A program made the position numbers and the translations under genes. From Microcoleus sp. (GTDB lineage: Bacteria; Cyanobacteriota; Cyanobacteriia; Cyanobacteriales; Microcoleaceae): a stretch of 64,000 nucleotides of DNA. Below, piece by piece: positions 38,548 through 50,406 of this stretch. Below the pieces are notes generated by a model that saw only the letters and a list, made by a program, of their open reading frames with translations, did not search any database and was not told where the DNA came from. How positions within the stretch are numbered: position 1 is the first letter of the stretch; each line of letters begins with the position of its first letter. The stretch lies in NCBI GenBank assembly GCA_042408215.1, contig JAYFMW010000029.1, forward strand, positions 96,866 through 160,865. The letters are read 5' to 3'.

Positions 38548-39409
38548 ATGTTTGATTTTATCAAATACAAAAAAAGATTTGTAGAAGCGACTAAGGGCTG
38601 GGATAATGAAAAATGGAGCAATTTAGATATCAATCCCTTCCTAATTTCTTCCCCGATTCTGCAAAATCGCCATGTCAAGAATTGCCGCTTAGTTGAAAGT
38701 CGGGCAAAACTATTAGAATACCTGCCTAAAGATAGTGTGGTTGCTGAGGTGGGAACTCAATATGGAAACTTTGCTGAAAAAATATTTTCTATTACTCAAC
38801 CCAAAAAACTGCATATCGCAGATCATAGATAATAATTTGCACTTATTTAAAACCGAGGTAACTCAGAAACAAAAAATCCTCTTGCAAGAGGGCATAAAAA
38901 ATGGGACAATCGAGCTTCATGAAGGCGATTCATCGACAATTTTAAGTGAGTTCCCCGATGAGTATTTTGACTGGATCTATATTGATGCTGACCACGCTTA
39001 TGAAGGTGTATGCAAAGATATCGATCGAGGATATAAAAAAGTAAAATCCGACGGAATGATGGTTTTTAACGATTATACAAATTGGTCTATCTGCGAGATT
39101 ATGCCTTATGGTGTTGCAAGAGCGGTCAATGAATTTTGTATAGCTAATAACTGGGAAATCGTATTTTTGGCACTTCAGTCTCTCGGCTATCACGATATTG
39201 CAATCAAGAAAAACAGCGACGACAAGGAAGTACGAATTCAGTTTCCAGATGCTGATTCAGACTGGGATAGTACCCAAATTCAAATCCAACAGCTTCAGTT
39301 AGAGTTAGAGAAAGCTAAAAACAGGATTTATTTGATGGAAAATGACAATTTTGGCAAAATGCGATCGTACTGGCTGAAAATCAAACAATTGTTCGCCCCC
39401 ACAGTATGA
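38548..39409 (+). pseudogene. class I SAM-dependent methyltransferase (Methyltransf_24-like), frameshifted
   Basis: AEVGTQYG in ORF1, FDWIYIDADHAYE in ORF2; 7-bp imperfect duplication GCATATC/GCAGATC at 38811-38824. Confidence 0.8.
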
Positions 39410-39552
39410 TTTCCAAACCTAGTATCTCCAAATCCCACACTTCGCCGGAGTTGTCGGGGATCTAAACCGCTGACACGGGACATGGTATGATGCCGATGGG
39501 ATGATTTCTAAGCTAGATTCGATCGAAGTATCGCTGCAATTTGAGGTTATAG

Positions 39553-40641
39553 ATGGAAATAGGTGTCCCCAAGGAAATCAAGGATTTAGAGTTTCGAGTT
39601 GGCCTGGGCCCCACAAGTGTCCGGGCTTGTTCAGACAGAGGCCACACAGTTTTTGTCGAAACCAATGCAGGCGCTGGGGCTGGTTTCGCCGACGAAGACT
39701 ACATTCAAGCAGGGGCTAAGATTGTCTCAAAGCCTGCTGATGTCTGGAATCGGGAACTAATTGTTAAAGTTAAGGAACCCTTACCTGCTGAGTACCCGCT
39801 GATTCAAAAAGAGCAGTTGCTATTTACATATTTGCACTTAGCGGCCGATCGCACATTAACCGAGCATTTAATGGAAAGTGGAGTCCAGGCGATCGCCTAC
39901 GAAACCGTCGAACTCCCAGACAGGAAATTGCCGCTGCTAACGCCCATGAGTATTATTGCAGGGCGTTTGGCCGTACAGTTTGGATCTCGGTTTTTGGAAC
40001 GTCAGCAAGGCGGCCGGGGCGTACTTTTGGGAGGTGTACCAGGGGTAAGACCGGGCAAAGTTGTGATTTTGGGCGGCGGAATCGTTGGCACGGAAGCAGC
40101 GCGTATTGCCCTAGGAATGGGCGCTAGAGTGCAGATTTTGGATGTCAATGTCGATCGCCTCGCCTACTTGGAAACTCTGTTCGGTTCCAGAGTAGAATAC
40201 CTCTACAGCAGTCCTTTGCAAATTGAAGCCGTTATCCCGGATGCTGATTTGTTAATCGGCGCTGTTTTGGTTTTGGGCAAAAAAGCTCCTATTCTGGTTT
40301 CTCGCGAATTTGTTGCTAAAATGCACCCCGGTTCTGTGATTGTTGACGTAGCAGTTGACCAAGGTGGTTGCGTGGAAACTTTGCGGGTAACTTCTCACAC
40401 AAATCCTACCTATGTTGAGGAAGGAGTCGTGCATTATGGCGTACCAAATATGCCCGGTGCTGTTCCTTGGACTGCGACTCAAGCTTTGAATAATAGCACT
40501 TTGCCTTATGTTTTGCAATTAGCAAATCGCGGGATTAAAGCTTTGGAAATCAATCCTAGTTTGGCTAAGGGATTGAACGTCCAGAATCACCGATTGGTGC
40601 ATCCGGCTGTGCGCGAGGTTTTCCCCGATTTGGCTGATTGA
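39553..40641 (+). CDS. ald: alanine dehydrogenase
   Basis: IGVPKEIK..EFRV, KVKEP, FTYLHLA, GGGIVG, DVAVDQGG, NMPGAVP. Confidence 0.96.
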   Translation: MEIGVPKEIKDLEFRVGLGPTSVRACSDRGHTVFVETNAGAGAGFADEDYIQAGAKIVSKPADVWNRELIVKVKEPLPAEYPLIQKEQLLFTYLHLAADRTLTEHLMESGVQAIAYETVELPDRKLPLLTPMSIIAGRLAVQFGSRFLERQQGGRGVLLGGVPGVRPGKVVILGGGIVGTEAARIALGMGARVQILDVNVDRLAYLETLFGSRVEYLYSSPLQIEAVIPDADLLIGAVLVLGKKAPILVSREFVAKMHPGSVIVDVAVDQGGCVETLRVTSHTNPTYVEEGVVHYGVPNMPGAVPWTATQALNNSTLPYVLQLANRGIKALEINPSLAKGLNVQNHRLVHPAVREVFPDLAD

Positions 40642-40732
40642 ATTTCCCGTTTTTTTTAAGTAAGCTATCCCGCATCTAAATTGTATTTTGGTGCGGGGCG
40701 GATGCCCACTTCACGTTGTTTAGATAAGCTTT

Positions 40733-40981
40733 ATGCCAGAAGTTGCACGATTTTACGGAATAATCATCAAAATTTTCTTTGGAGATCACCCACCTCCTCA
40801 TTTTCACGCAGTTTACGGTGAGTACAATGCTTTAATCGGTATTGAATCTTTAGAGATTATTGAAGGAGATTTACCGAATCGGGCCGAAAAAATGGTAATA
40901 GAATGGGCTACGTTGTATCAGAAAGAACTGCTGGATATGTGGAATAGTCAAGAATTTAGTAAACTTCCACCATTAAAATAA
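40733..40981 (+). CDS. DUF4160 domain protein (putative TA component)
   Basis: MPEVARFYGIII, DHPPPHFHA. Confidence 0.88.
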   Translation: MPEVARFYGIIIKIFFGDHPPPHFHAVYGEYNALIGIESLEIIEGDLPNRAEKMVIEWATLYQKELLDMWNSQEFSKLPPLK

Positions 40982-40994
40982 CTCCGATCTGTTT

Positions 40995-41291
40995 ATGAAA
41001 CCTGAACGTATTGTTTCTGCTAAAGCTATTGACGATCGCACATTGATGGTTAAGTTTACCAATCTAGAATTTAAAAAATACGACATCTCTAAGTTATTAG
41101 AGAATCCGATGTTTACGACATTACGCAATCCTGGGTTTTTCAAGAATTTTACAATTGAGCCTGGTGGTTATGCACTGGTTTGGAATGAAGATATCGATCT
41201 CAGTGAATATGAACTGTGGAAGAATGGAGTCAGTTGCACGGAGGAGGAAATTGAGCGGCACATTGAATCTATTCATCAGGTTGCTGGCTGA
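40995..41291 (+). CDS. DUF2442 domain protein (putative TA component)
   Basis: LRNPGFF, LVWNEDIDLS..ELW; usual partner of DUF4160. Confidence 0.85.
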   Translation: MKPERIVSAKAIDDRTLMVKFTNLEFKKYDISKLLENPMFTTLRNPGFFKNFTIEPGGYALVWNEDIDLSEYELWKNGVSCTEEEIERHIESIHQVAG

Positions 41292-41571
41292 AAAATAACT
41301 ATCGACGTGCTGAGCGATCGCGCTTTTTGACTTATTCCAAAGGGGATATCGCCCTAGTTGTCAAGTACACATAATTTCAGATAAACTAATCCTGAAACTA
41401 TCCCCTAAAAATATCGCCCCTCCACCCAAAATTTAAATGCACATCTTGTCCCCCCCTTCTTAAGGGGGGTTAGGGGGGATCATTCCGAGACTAAACGACT
41501 CAACCATCCACTTCAACTAACATCTTGTCCCCCCCTTCTTAAGGGGGGTTAGGGGGGATCGTACCAGAATC

Positions 41572-41952
41572 ATGCCAAGACTAAAAGACTCAAACTTCCA
41601 CCTACCATACAACCCAAAACTCATCCCCATCGCCAAACAACTGCGAAAAAATCCAACTCCATCCGAAAAAAAACTGTGGCAGGATTTTCTGAGAAATTTC
41701 CCTTTGCGAGTTCTGAGACAGCGACCCATCGACAATTTTATCGTAGACTTTTATTGTGCAGCTTTACAGGTAGTAATTGAGATTGATGGGGAGAGTCATT
41801 TTACGGAACAAGGGAAACTATATGATGCAGAAAGAACTGGGATTTTAGAGGGGTATGGATTGAAGGTTGTCAGGTTTACGAATGTTGAGGTGTTGCAGAG
41901 TTTTGAGGGGGTTTGTGGGGAGTTGTTGGGTTCGATTGAGGGTGATTTTTGA
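41572..41952 (+). CDS. DUF559 (Vsr-like) endonuclease, copy 1
   Basis: AKQLRKNPT.SE, RQRPI..FIVDFYC, IEIDG..H, VVRFTN. Confidence 0.9.
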   Translation: MPRLKDSNFHLPYNPKLIPIAKQLRKNPTPSEKKLWQDFLRNFPLRVLRQRPIDNFIVDFYCAALQVVIEIDGESHFTEQGKLYDAERTGILEGYGLKVVRFTNVEVLQSFEGVCGELLGSIEGDF

Positions 41953-42368
41953 GGCCAGATCCCCCCTAACCCCCCTTAAGAAGGGGAGTAGGGGGTGGGA
42001 CATGAAGGGAGGGGAGATTGGTCGCTAATTCCAAGCATCGCACTTTTCGACTTATTCCAAAAGGGCCAGAACCCTAGTTGTCAAGTACACATAATTTGAG
42101 ATAAACTAATTCTGAAACTATTCCCTAAAAATATCGCCCCATCACCGACAATTTCAATGCACATCTTGTCCCCCCCTTAGGAAGGGGGGCTAGGGGGGAT
42201 CAATCCGAGACTAAACGACCCAACCATCCACCTCAACCAACATCCAGTCCCCCCCGACCTAAGGGGGGTTAGGGGGATCATTCCGAGACTAAACGACTAA
42301 ACCATCCACTTCAACTAACATCTTGTTCCCCCCTTATTAAGGGGGGTTAGGGGGTATCGACCGGGATC

Positions 42369-42749
42369 ATGCCACAATTAAAAGACTCAAACTTCCACCT
42401 ACCATACAACCCAAAACTCATCCCCATCGCCAAACAACTGCGAAAAAATCCAACTCCATCCGAAAAAAAACTGTGGCAAAATTTTCTCATAAATTTCCCT
42501 TTTCGAGTTTTGAGACAGCGCCCGATCGACAATTTTATTGTAGACTTTTATTGTGCGGCTTTACTGTTAGTAATTGAGATTGATGGGGAGAGTCATTTTA
42601 CGGAACAAGGGAAACTATATGATGCAGAAAGAACTGGGATTTTAGAGGGGTATGGATTGAAGGTTGTCAGGTTTACGAATGTTGAGGTGTTGCAGAGTTT
42701 TGAGGGGGTTTGTGGGGAGTTGTTGGGTTCGATTGAGGGTGATTTTTGA
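42369..42749 (+). CDS. DUF559 (Vsr-like) endonuclease, copy 2
   Basis: near-identical tandem duplicate of 41572..41952. Confidence 0.9.
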   Translation: MPQLKDSNFHLPYNPKLIPIAKQLRKNPTPSEKKLWQNFLINFPFRVLRQRPIDNFIVDFYCAALLLVIEIDGESHFTEQGKLYDAERTGILEGYGLKVVRFTNVEVLQSFEGVCGELLGSIEGDF

Positions 42750-42901
42750 GGCCAGATCCCCCCTAACCCCCCTTCCCAAGGGGGGGACATGAAGGGAGGA
42801 GAGTTGAATGGGTGGCTGGATGCGATCGAGGCGATCGCACTCAACTGGAGGCTAATAGTTGTATAATAGACAAGCTAGGCAAGCACAAAAAGTGAAAACC
42901 T

Positions 42902-43189
42902 ATGTCACAGGCAATCCTCAACCAAATTGTCAATCAGCTTGAAATGCTGGAATTTTTCGAGTTACAGGAACTCGATCGCGCGATCGGGAAATATCTGGCC
43001 CAGAAACAGCAAGCCACTCAACAAAATCAAAAATCTGCTAATAAAAAGCAATTATTTCGAGAATGGGATGATATTTCTGATGAAGAAGCTGCGGTACTAA
43101 AAGCTGAGTTTGCCGCCGAGGATTTAGCTTTTGCAGAAGTTGCCTTAAGTGACTATCTTCCTGGACTTCAGCAACAGGATAAAATCTGA
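42902..43189 (+). CDS. putative antitoxin
   Basis: 95 aa, acidic C-terminus, TGATG coupling to the PemK gene. Confidence 0.65.
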   Translation: MSQAILNQIVNQLEMLEFFELQELDRAIGKYLAQKQQATQQNQKSANKKQLFREWDDISDEEAAVLKAEFAAEDLAFAEVALSDYLPGLQQQDKI

Positions 43190-43542
43190 TGCTAGGAGAT
43201 GTTTATTTAGCCGATTTGAATCCTTCTAGAGGTTCAGAACAAGCAGGAATTAGACCAGTCATTATTGTACAGCGAGATACATTAGACCGCTTTACTACAA
43301 CAGTAGTAGTAATTCCCATAACAAGTAATCTGCGGCGCGCTAAAATACCAGGGACAATTATTTTACCGACTGGTGAAGGTGGTTTAACACAAGATTCAGT
43401 CGTGCTTTGCTATCAAATAGTAGCGGTAGATAGAGAGCGATTAATCAAAAAAATGGGCACTCTTTCAGCAGATTATGTATCAAGATTACAGGTGGCATTG
43501 CAGTATACGTTGCAAATGGATGAATTTGAGAATGTAGAATAA
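43189..43542 (+). CDS. PemK/MazF family toxin
   Basis: GDVYLADL.P..GSEQAG.RP, VVIPITS, DSVVLC.QI..VDRERL. Confidence 0.93.
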   Translation: MLGDVYLADLNPSRGSEQAGIRPVIIVQRDTLDRFTTTVVVIPITSNLRRAKIPGTIILPTGEGGLTQDSVVLCYQIVAVDRERLIKKMGTLSADYVSRLQVALQYTLQMDEFENVE

Positions 43543-43895
43543 TAGAATGAGTTGAAGCGCGATCGCCCTTTTTTGAGAAGAAGGAGTAAAGGGCGATCGG
43601 CTATTTTCACTTACAAAAAGGCGATCGCACTTTTTGACTTATTCCAAAAGGGCGATCGCAGGTTTGGCATCTGGTATATAGGTCGGGCGATCGCGCTTCC
43701 CGACAAAAACATTCGTAACCAAAAGGGCGATCGGGCTGACTTTGAGTTTAGGAGATCGATCGCCCTTTCTTGAGAAAAAGCAATAAAGGGCGATCGGCCT
43801 TCTCCATTCCCAAAAAGCGATCGCATCTAAGAAAAAGCAATCGCCAATTTTCGAGTGTGAGGGAGAGGCAACCACATCTGAATCATGTAAACCTA

Positions 43896-46800
43896 TTAAC
43901 GAGAAAAAGCACGACCAGCAGGGGCTTCGCCATAGATACGGAAGAAGTCCTTCAGTTGTTCCTTTGTAACTGCAACACAGTTTTGAGCTTCCGGGTCTCC
44001 AACGATGTATTTGCCCTCCGGTGCTGGTGTTTTACCAAGAATCGCGATGACATGATCGACAGGATTATTTGGATATCCTATTGATTTAGACCACTCAGCA
44101 TTAGTTTTTCCAAAAGCTACCACTGGCTTTCCTTCGCTCAAACAGCGCTCTAGCGCAGCCCATCTTTCTTCCGGCAGTAGTGGGGATTTTCCTATATCTT
44201 CTATATTTTTACCACCTGCTTTTTCTATACCTCTTACAATTTCAAAATCACGCGCACCAGCGGCTGGCTGAGACCAAGGCAGTGTGAAGTTCTTTGCTTT
44301 ATCAATGCTCTCCTGAATCGTGAGTCCAGGTAGTTCAAGATTTAAAACGGCGAGTGCCATCGCTATGCTAGTAGGACCACAATTTGCGTTTGGTTTCACA
44401 GCATCTGGATTAAATTGAGACTTAAAGTAACGTTGTGCTTCTGCGACACTGGTAGGCAAAGGGTTCAGTTTATCCAATTCTTGACGTGATAGAACAAGTT
44501 CTTGCTTAAGCTCATTGAGTCTTGTTGTTGTCGCACTATATTGAGCGCGAAGCTGAGGTAAAGTTCCATACTCAATCAAACCTGCTTCTATTGTTAATTG
44601 ACCTGCTTTAAGCCAATCAAGAGGATTCCATGAATTTGGCCAAGACAATTTATTTGCTTGATCTTTCTTGTCTTTAACTGCTTTCTCTTTCTCACTGATT
44701 TGGCTGCCATAAGTAGCTTTACTAGCTTCAATTGCGTTTATCTGATTTTCCAAATTCAGAATTTTTTGCTTGATTTGTTCAATTTGCTGGCCTTTGTCGC
44801 CTTGATTGAGAAATATCCAATTTCCATTGGGTGACTTACCCCCAGAATTAAAATTGAGAACAGGAGTGAAGCCAGAAGAATTATTGACTTGAGGCTCAGA
44901 AGACGGGGAAGTTGGCGAAACCGATCGCCCCTTTGTCTCATAAACCGTCACCTGCTGACCATTCCAGATCATAATTGCCCGTTCAAACTCCTGACGGAAA
45001 ACACCACCCCCCTGATCCTGCACACCCGTCAAGGCTGCGCCCACTTGCGGATACTGTCTCGCCGCATCCGAGAACATCTGACGCACATTATCTGTAGCAC
45101 TTGGCTGCGTAGGTGATGGTGAAGGAGAAGGCGTTGGAGTTGATGCCGCATCCATATACAAAGCAGATACCCATCCACTACCATCAGCTAGGTGATACCA
45201 AGTCGCACTCTCTCCTAAAGCTGGATCGTAAACACTTTCCCCTTGAGTTTGACCATCAAAAATCAGCGTGTTACCGGGAGAAACAGTCCCCACTTGTTGA
45301 TAGCCACTAGCATCTGTTCCAGGGCCATTCCGCACTCGCAAAAATCCTAAATTATGCACATAGCCAACATCCCCAACAGTCTGCGAAAATGTACTAATAG
45401 GTGAGGGTGAAGGATTAGGAGAAGGAGACGGCGAAGGGTTTGGTGAGGGTGACGGTGATGCAATCTCACCAAGGTACTGCACATACAAACCAGACATCCA
45501 GCCACTACCATCAGCAAGACGATACCAATTGTTACTACTACCTTCACCATTGGGATCGTTGACTAAATCACCTTGAGTCTGACTGTCAAATTCCAGTGTA
45601 TCACCAGAATTTTTCGTGCCTAAAAAGTCATAGCCAGTTCCTGGCCCAGAACGTAGATTTACTCCCCCGTTATTCTGTACAGAAGATTTACCCCAATCTA
45701 TTGTCCCGTTAAAGTTAACAGCCCGTTCCATCGGTGTAACTTTCCCTTCACCGCCCCAAGTTGTCGGTGTCCCGAAATCTATAGGATTATAAACTTCCGG
45801 CTGCGTCTTCTTCGCCAAATCCACCGCCGCCAACGTATTCAAAAATCCAAAACCCGTCTCATCATCCCATCCAGACGTCCCCAAATCCCTCGCCGTCTTT
45901 TCCAAAATCTCCATCACTTGACGATAATTCAAAGCAGGATTTGCCGCCCAAACCAAAGAAGCCGCACCCGCAACTTTAGCAGTCGCCACCGAAGTCCCCG
46001 CCATCGTCCCCAAATCATTTCCCGCAGTCGATAAAGCCGGATGTTCATTCGTGTCCCCATCCGCCAAAATATCCAAACCGCGACCATAACTAGAATAGAT
46101 CGATCGCCCGTTAATATCCCCAGAACCAACCGTAAAAATATTGTCAAATTCCTGAGAAGCTTGACCCAAAACCGACATCACACCGCCATCGTTACCCGCC
46201 GCCACTACCAGCAAAACTCCATTTTGCCGCGCATATTCGATCGCACTTCTTTCTGGCGGAGTCAACTCATAGCGCGTTTCCACAATCCCGTCAGCATTCT
46301 TCTGAGTCAAATCCAAACTGAGATTCGCGATCGCATTTTTCTGTCCAGAAGCCTTCGCAGCATCCACAAACTCTACCAAAGAATCCGCCCATCTCCCAGA
46401 ATCGATCGCCCTTCCCACCCACTTCGGCGCAGTCTTATTAATCGCATCAATAATCCCCAACATAAAAGTACCGTGCTCGCTACCTTCCCCAGGCTTCAGC
46501 AACGGATTGTCATCCCCGCCCACATAATCGCGGCCCTTCTTAATATTCGCGTAATTCAAATAAGGACTATCCGCACTCACACCAGTATCAATTGTCCCCA
46601 ACAACGGCTGATCAGCAAAAGGAGAATCTAGCAATTGACGGATTGCATTCGGATTGTTAGGATTCGGCGAATGCGGATCTACAGGAATTACAGCAATCGG
46701 CAAAGTCTCAAACGCACCGCCCGGATTGTAAGGAGTTTGAGTGGCAATCCCATCATGGTACAGACCCAGCGGGTCAAAATCAATCAGCGGCGGTAGATTG

Positions 46801-47063
46801 TTAGTTGGTGCACCATTCGGGTCGATCGGGCAAACACCGCCATCAGCAAAGAAATTAGGTAAATGCAAATCAGACAGCGACAAAGAACCCAATAACTGAT
46901 GTAAGTGGTCAAATTCGTGCTGCCAATCTCCAATACCCGCACTCGGAGTCACAATTTTTTCTAATATAAAACTTTTCGGTCGTTTCCGACTCTTTGTTTT
47001 ACTGGAATCCCCAAAACCTTGAGCCCGCTCGCGTTTTTTGCCACCAAAATTTAGCCAACCCAT
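43896..47063 (-). CDS. S8 subtilisin-like peptidase + two SH3b-like domains + coiled coil + C39-like Cys peptidase
   Basis: [26 protein letters not shown] and LRVRNGPGT with GWMS/GWVS; PSPS linkers; NCGPTS, DHVIAI, VGDP; ATG 47063 preferred over 47102. Confidence 0.87.
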   Translation of the reverse strand: MGWLNFGGKKRERAQGFGDSSKTKSRKRPKSFILEKIVTPSAGIGDWQHEFDHLHQLLGSLSLSDLHLPNFFADGGVCPIDPNGAPTNNLPPLIDFDPLGLYHDGIATQTPYNPGGAFETLPIAVIPVDPHSPNPNNPNAIRQLLDSPFADQPLLGTIDTGVSADSPYLNYANIKKGRDYVGGDDNPLLKPGEGSEHGTFMLGIIDAINKTAPKWVGRAIDSGRWADSLVEFVDAAKASGQKNAIANLSLDLTQKNADGIVETRYELTPPERSAIEYARQNGVLLVVAAGNDGGVMSVLGQASQEFDNIFTVGSGDINGRSIYSSYGRGLDILADGDTNEHPALSTAGNDLGTMAGTSVATAKVAGAASLVWAANPALNYRQVMEILEKTARDLGTSGWDDETGFGFLNTLAAVDLAKKTQPEVYNPIDFGTPTTWGGEGKVTPMERAVNFNGTIDWGKSSVQNNGGVNLRSGPGTGYDFLGTKNSGDTLEFDSQTQGDLVNDPNGEGSSNNWYRLADGSGWMSGLYVQYLGEIASPSPSPNPSPSPSPNPSPSPISTFSQTVGDVGYVHNLGFLRVRNGPGTDASGYQQVGTVSPGNTLIFDGQTQGESVYDPALGESATWYHLADGSGWVSALYMDAASTPTPSPSPSPTQPSATDNVRQMFSDAARQYPQVGAALTGVQDQGGGVFRQEFERAIMIWNGQQVTVYETKGRSVSPTSPSSEPQVNNSSGFTPVLNFNSGGKSPNGNWIFLNQGDKGQQIEQIKQKILNLENQINAIEASKATYGSQISEKEKAVKDKKDQANKLSWPNSWNPLDWLKAGQLTIEAGLIEYGTLPQLRAQYSATTTRLNELKQELVLSRQELDKLNPLPTSVAEAQRYFKSQFNPDAVKPNANCGPTSIAMALAVLNLELPGLTIQESIDKAKNFTLPWSQPAAGARDFEIVRGIEKAGGKNIEDIGKSPLLPEERWAALERCLSEGKPVVAFGKTNAEWSKSIGYPNNPVDHVIAILGKTPAPEGKYIVGDPEAQNCVAVTKEQLKDFFRIYGEAPAGRAFSR

Positions 47064-47754
47064 AACTTTTGCACCCTGATTAATATGAATTCGATCGCAC
47101 AAACTTAATTAAATATCTTCAAACATTCAACCAAAACCCTTTGTTGACAAGGATTTTTCAATAATCGTCAAAAATTTCTGTTTATTTGAAAATTTAGGCA
47201 AAATTAACAAAATTTTTGTATAGGCGATCGCTTCACATCTGCCGGGCTTAGCTTACGGTCCCGTGGGCGATCGGAAAAACACTTTGTTACTGCGTAATTT
47301 CTATAATTTTTTGCTTCTTCACACAGTCATCATACATCCAAGTCCTATTTGCGATCGTAAAGTTTATGTAAAGTTTTTGGGATAGCAATCCCCGCCTCAA
47401 CCAGAAACATCCGCCGCACAAGGTTTCCCTCGCAATGACAGGTGAAAAATGCGTAAATCCTAAAATATTTATAAATTACACTTGCTTTTATTCAGATTTC
47501 TGATAATATGACTACCAAGGTAAAATTTGGATTAAAGTCTAAAGCCCAAACAAATATCACCGAAAAGCTTCTTCACAAAATACTGCAATACTTCCCTGCT
47601 TCATTGAAACAGGGGAAAACTTAGCCTTAAAACTTTCCGTTTTCAGAAAGACTTAGGGCGGCTCGAAAAGCTCAAAAACCCAGCGGAGAAAACATAAAAA
47701 CAGAATAGGGCGATCGATTCAAGACAATTCAATAAAAACACCCACTTTGACAGA

Positions 47755-48830
47755 ACACTCTTGTCCCCCCTTCTTAAGCAGGGTTAGGGGCGATCGAGTT
47801 TAGGCCTAAAATGCGTAATTCCTTCTTCCTTCTTGTCCCACCCCCTACTCCCCTTCTTAAGGGGGGTTAGGGGGGATCTAATTTCCGCCTAAAACAGGTA
47901 ATTCCTTTTTCCTTCTTGTCCCACCCCCTACTCCCCTTCTTAAGGGGGGTTAGGGGGGATCGAGTTTCAGCCTAAAACCCAGTGTCTCTCTGCTTGATCC
48001 GAAAGTCTAGATCCCCCTAAATCCCCCTTAAAAAGGGGGACTTTGAGTGAATTATCTTGTTCTCCCCGATGTTTTGGGAGACTTTACCAACACTCTTGTC
48101 CCCCCTTCTTAAGCAGGGCTAGGGGCGATCGAGTTTCGGCCTAAAACCCAGTGTCTCTCTGCTTGATCCGAAAGTCTAGATCCCCCTAAATCCCCCTTAA
48201 AAAGGGGGACTTTGAGTGAATTATCTTGTTCTCCCCGATGTTTTGGGAGACTTTACGAACACTCTTGTCCCCCCTTCTTAAGCAGGGTTAGGGGCGATCG
48301 AGTTTCGGCCTAAAACCCACTGTCTCTCTGCTTGATCCGAAAGTCTAGATCCCCCTAAATCCCCCTTAAAAAGGGGGACTTTGAGTGAATTATCTTGTTG
48401 TCCCCGATGTTTTGGGAGACTTTACGAACACTCTTGTCCCCCCTTCTTAAGCAGGGTTAGGGGCGATCGAGTTTCGGCCTAAAACCCACTGTCTCTCTGC
48501 TTGATCCGAAAGTCTAGATCCCCCTAAATCCCCCTTAAAAAGGGGGACTTTGAGTGAATTATCTTGTTCTCCCCGATGTTTTGGGAGACTTTACGAACAC
48601 TCTTGTCCCCCCTTCTTAAGCAGGGTTAGGGGCGATCGAGTTTCGGCCTAAAACCCACTGTCTCTCTGCTTGATCCGAAAGTCTAGATCCCCCTAAATCC
48701 CCCTTAAAAAGGGGGACTTTGAGTGAATTATCTTGTTGTCCCCGATGTTTTGGGAGACTTTACGAACACTCTTGTCCCCCCTTCTTAAGCAGGGTTAGGG
48801 GGGATCTAATTTCGGTCTAAAACAGGTAAT
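47755..48830. repeat. REP-like region including 5 x 169-bp tandem repeat
   Basis: GAAAGTCTAG at 48001, 48170, 48339, 48508, 48677; CCCCCTTAAAAAGGGGG hairpins. Confidence 0.92.
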
Positions 48831-48919
48831 TCCTAAATTCGGTCGATGACTTCTTCCAACTTCAATAAATCCGTTACATCCGTTACAAAATCCGTTGCCG
48901 AACTTCCTTCTTCCATACC

Positions 48920-49948
48920 ATGCAACTAAAATCAGCGGTGCAGTGGATACCTCATCCCGACGGTTACTGGATACTTCGCAATCCCGAAGACATTACCTGT
49001 CTGCAAGTTGACGACTTTGACAAACAAGTAATTTTGCAACTAAATCAACAACCACTAACAAATATTCTCGCCGAATACGACCTAGATTTAGAAGCTGTGC
49101 AAAATCTCTTAAAAGACTTAGCACAAGCGGGAATGCTAGAAGGAACCAAGCCGCCAAAAGCCAAATTCAACCTGCTATCCTTCACAATTCCCCTAGTCAA
49201 TCCCGATGTTTGGTTATCGCGGCACATCGACAAACTTCGCTGGATTTGGACCTGGGAATTTGGCTTTTTTTTGTGCGCTTTCATCTCTTCCTCCGTAGCA
49301 GTATGGTTGGCGTCCGTAGAGGAAGTCGCCACCTCGCACCAGCAGTTATTGACAGCCGGAAAAATTGACAATGCGATCCAAGTTATCTTGCTGACAATGC
49401 TAGTAATAGCTTTGCACGAACTCGGTCACGCTTTCACGCTCAAACACTACGGCGGCATAGTTAAAGAAATTGGATTATTGTTCATGTGTCTCATCCCCGG
49501 ATGCTATACAGATACAACCGACCAATACAGTTTAGTCAGGCGGAAACAGCGAGTTTTAGTAGTAGCGACCGGAGTATTAATTCAAGTAACAATTTGGGCA
49601 TTGGCTGTTTGGATATGGCTGTTTTCTCAGTCAAATCCAGTTTGGCATCAAACCAGTTACTTGCTGATGATGGCAGCTTTGCTAACAGTGGCAATTAACT
49701 TGAATCCGTTGAATAGATTTGATGGTTATTATTTGTTGGTTGCGGGAACAGGGATTAACAATCTGCGACAAAGGTCCTTGGATTTTTATGTGGATTTCTT
49801 GCGGAGGGAGGAGATAGAAGAAGCCGTCGAAACGCAATGGGTTTTAGCAGCCTATGCGCCTTTGAGTATAGTTTATACTGTTTGGGCGTTGAGTTACTTA
49901 ATGTCTTTGATTGGAAATTGGGCTTTGTTAAATGTTCCGAGTTTTTGA
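48920..49948 (+). CDS. M50 (site-2) membrane zinc metalloprotease with PqqD-like N-terminus
   Basis: LHELGH, NLNPLNRFDGYY, multiple TM helices. Confidence 0.88.
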   Translation: MQLKSAVQWIPHPDGYWILRNPEDITCLQVDDFDKQVILQLNQQPLTNILAEYDLDLEAVQNLLKDLAQAGMLEGTKPPKAKFNLLSFTIPLVNPDVWLSRHIDKLRWIWTWEFGFFLCAFISSSVAVWLASVEEVATSHQQLLTAGKIDNAIQVILLTMLVIALHELGHAFTLKHYGGIVKEIGLLFMCLIPGCYTDTTDQYSLVRRKQRVLVVATGVLIQVTIWALAVWIWLFSQSNPVWHQTSYLLMMAALLTVAINLNPLNRFDGYYLLVAGTGINNLRQRSLDFYVDFLRREEIEEAVETQWVLAAYAPLSIVYTVWALSYLMSLIGNWALLNVPSF

Positions 49949-49961
49949 CCTCGATGAATCA

Positions 49962-50346
49962 TATCAAATCCCGTAGCATCGGAATTAACATTACCCATCA
50001 AAATCAGGACACGGCAATGCCGTGTCCCTACAATTAATCGGGTAGGGAAACGGCACTGCCCATAGGTGTCAACTTAAGGTCAAACCCAGTCAGAGACTAC
50101 GGTTTGACTGTTAAGCCTAGATCCCCCCTAGCCCCCCTTAAGAAGGGGGGAACCGGAAATGGATCAAAGTCCCCCTTCTTAAGGGGGATTTAGGGGGATC
50201 TAGACTTGGCTATGAACGAGAGATACCAAGGCTTTCACGATTAAGTTGACACTCCTTGGGCAGTGCCGTTTCCCTACAATTAATCGGGTAGGGAAACGGC
50301 ACTGCCGTGTCCGACTTATCATGTCTGAGTGCAACCGGAATTGAGA
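49962..50346. mobile_element. nested MITE/REP composite (outer TATCAAATCC TIR family; inner GTGTCAACTTAA/TTAAGTTGACAC pair)
   Basis: ends resemble 4095-4344; inner inverted pair at ~50066 and ~50252 encloses CCCCCTTAAG-type hairpins. Confidence 0.65.
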
Positions 50347-50406
50347 GCACAGGCGGGACGCCCGTGCCACAAAAATGCAATTTGATTATTTTTGGGTTTT
50401 ACTGAA

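Noticed and set aside
43552..43875. Short overlapping ORFs in a GCGATCGC-dense stretch
   Set aside because: HIP1-rich low-complexity intergenic DNA produces spurious RSP/AIA/GDR peptides.
46041..46631. 196-aa plus-strand ORF
   Set aside because: Antisense shadow of the S8 peptidase domain.
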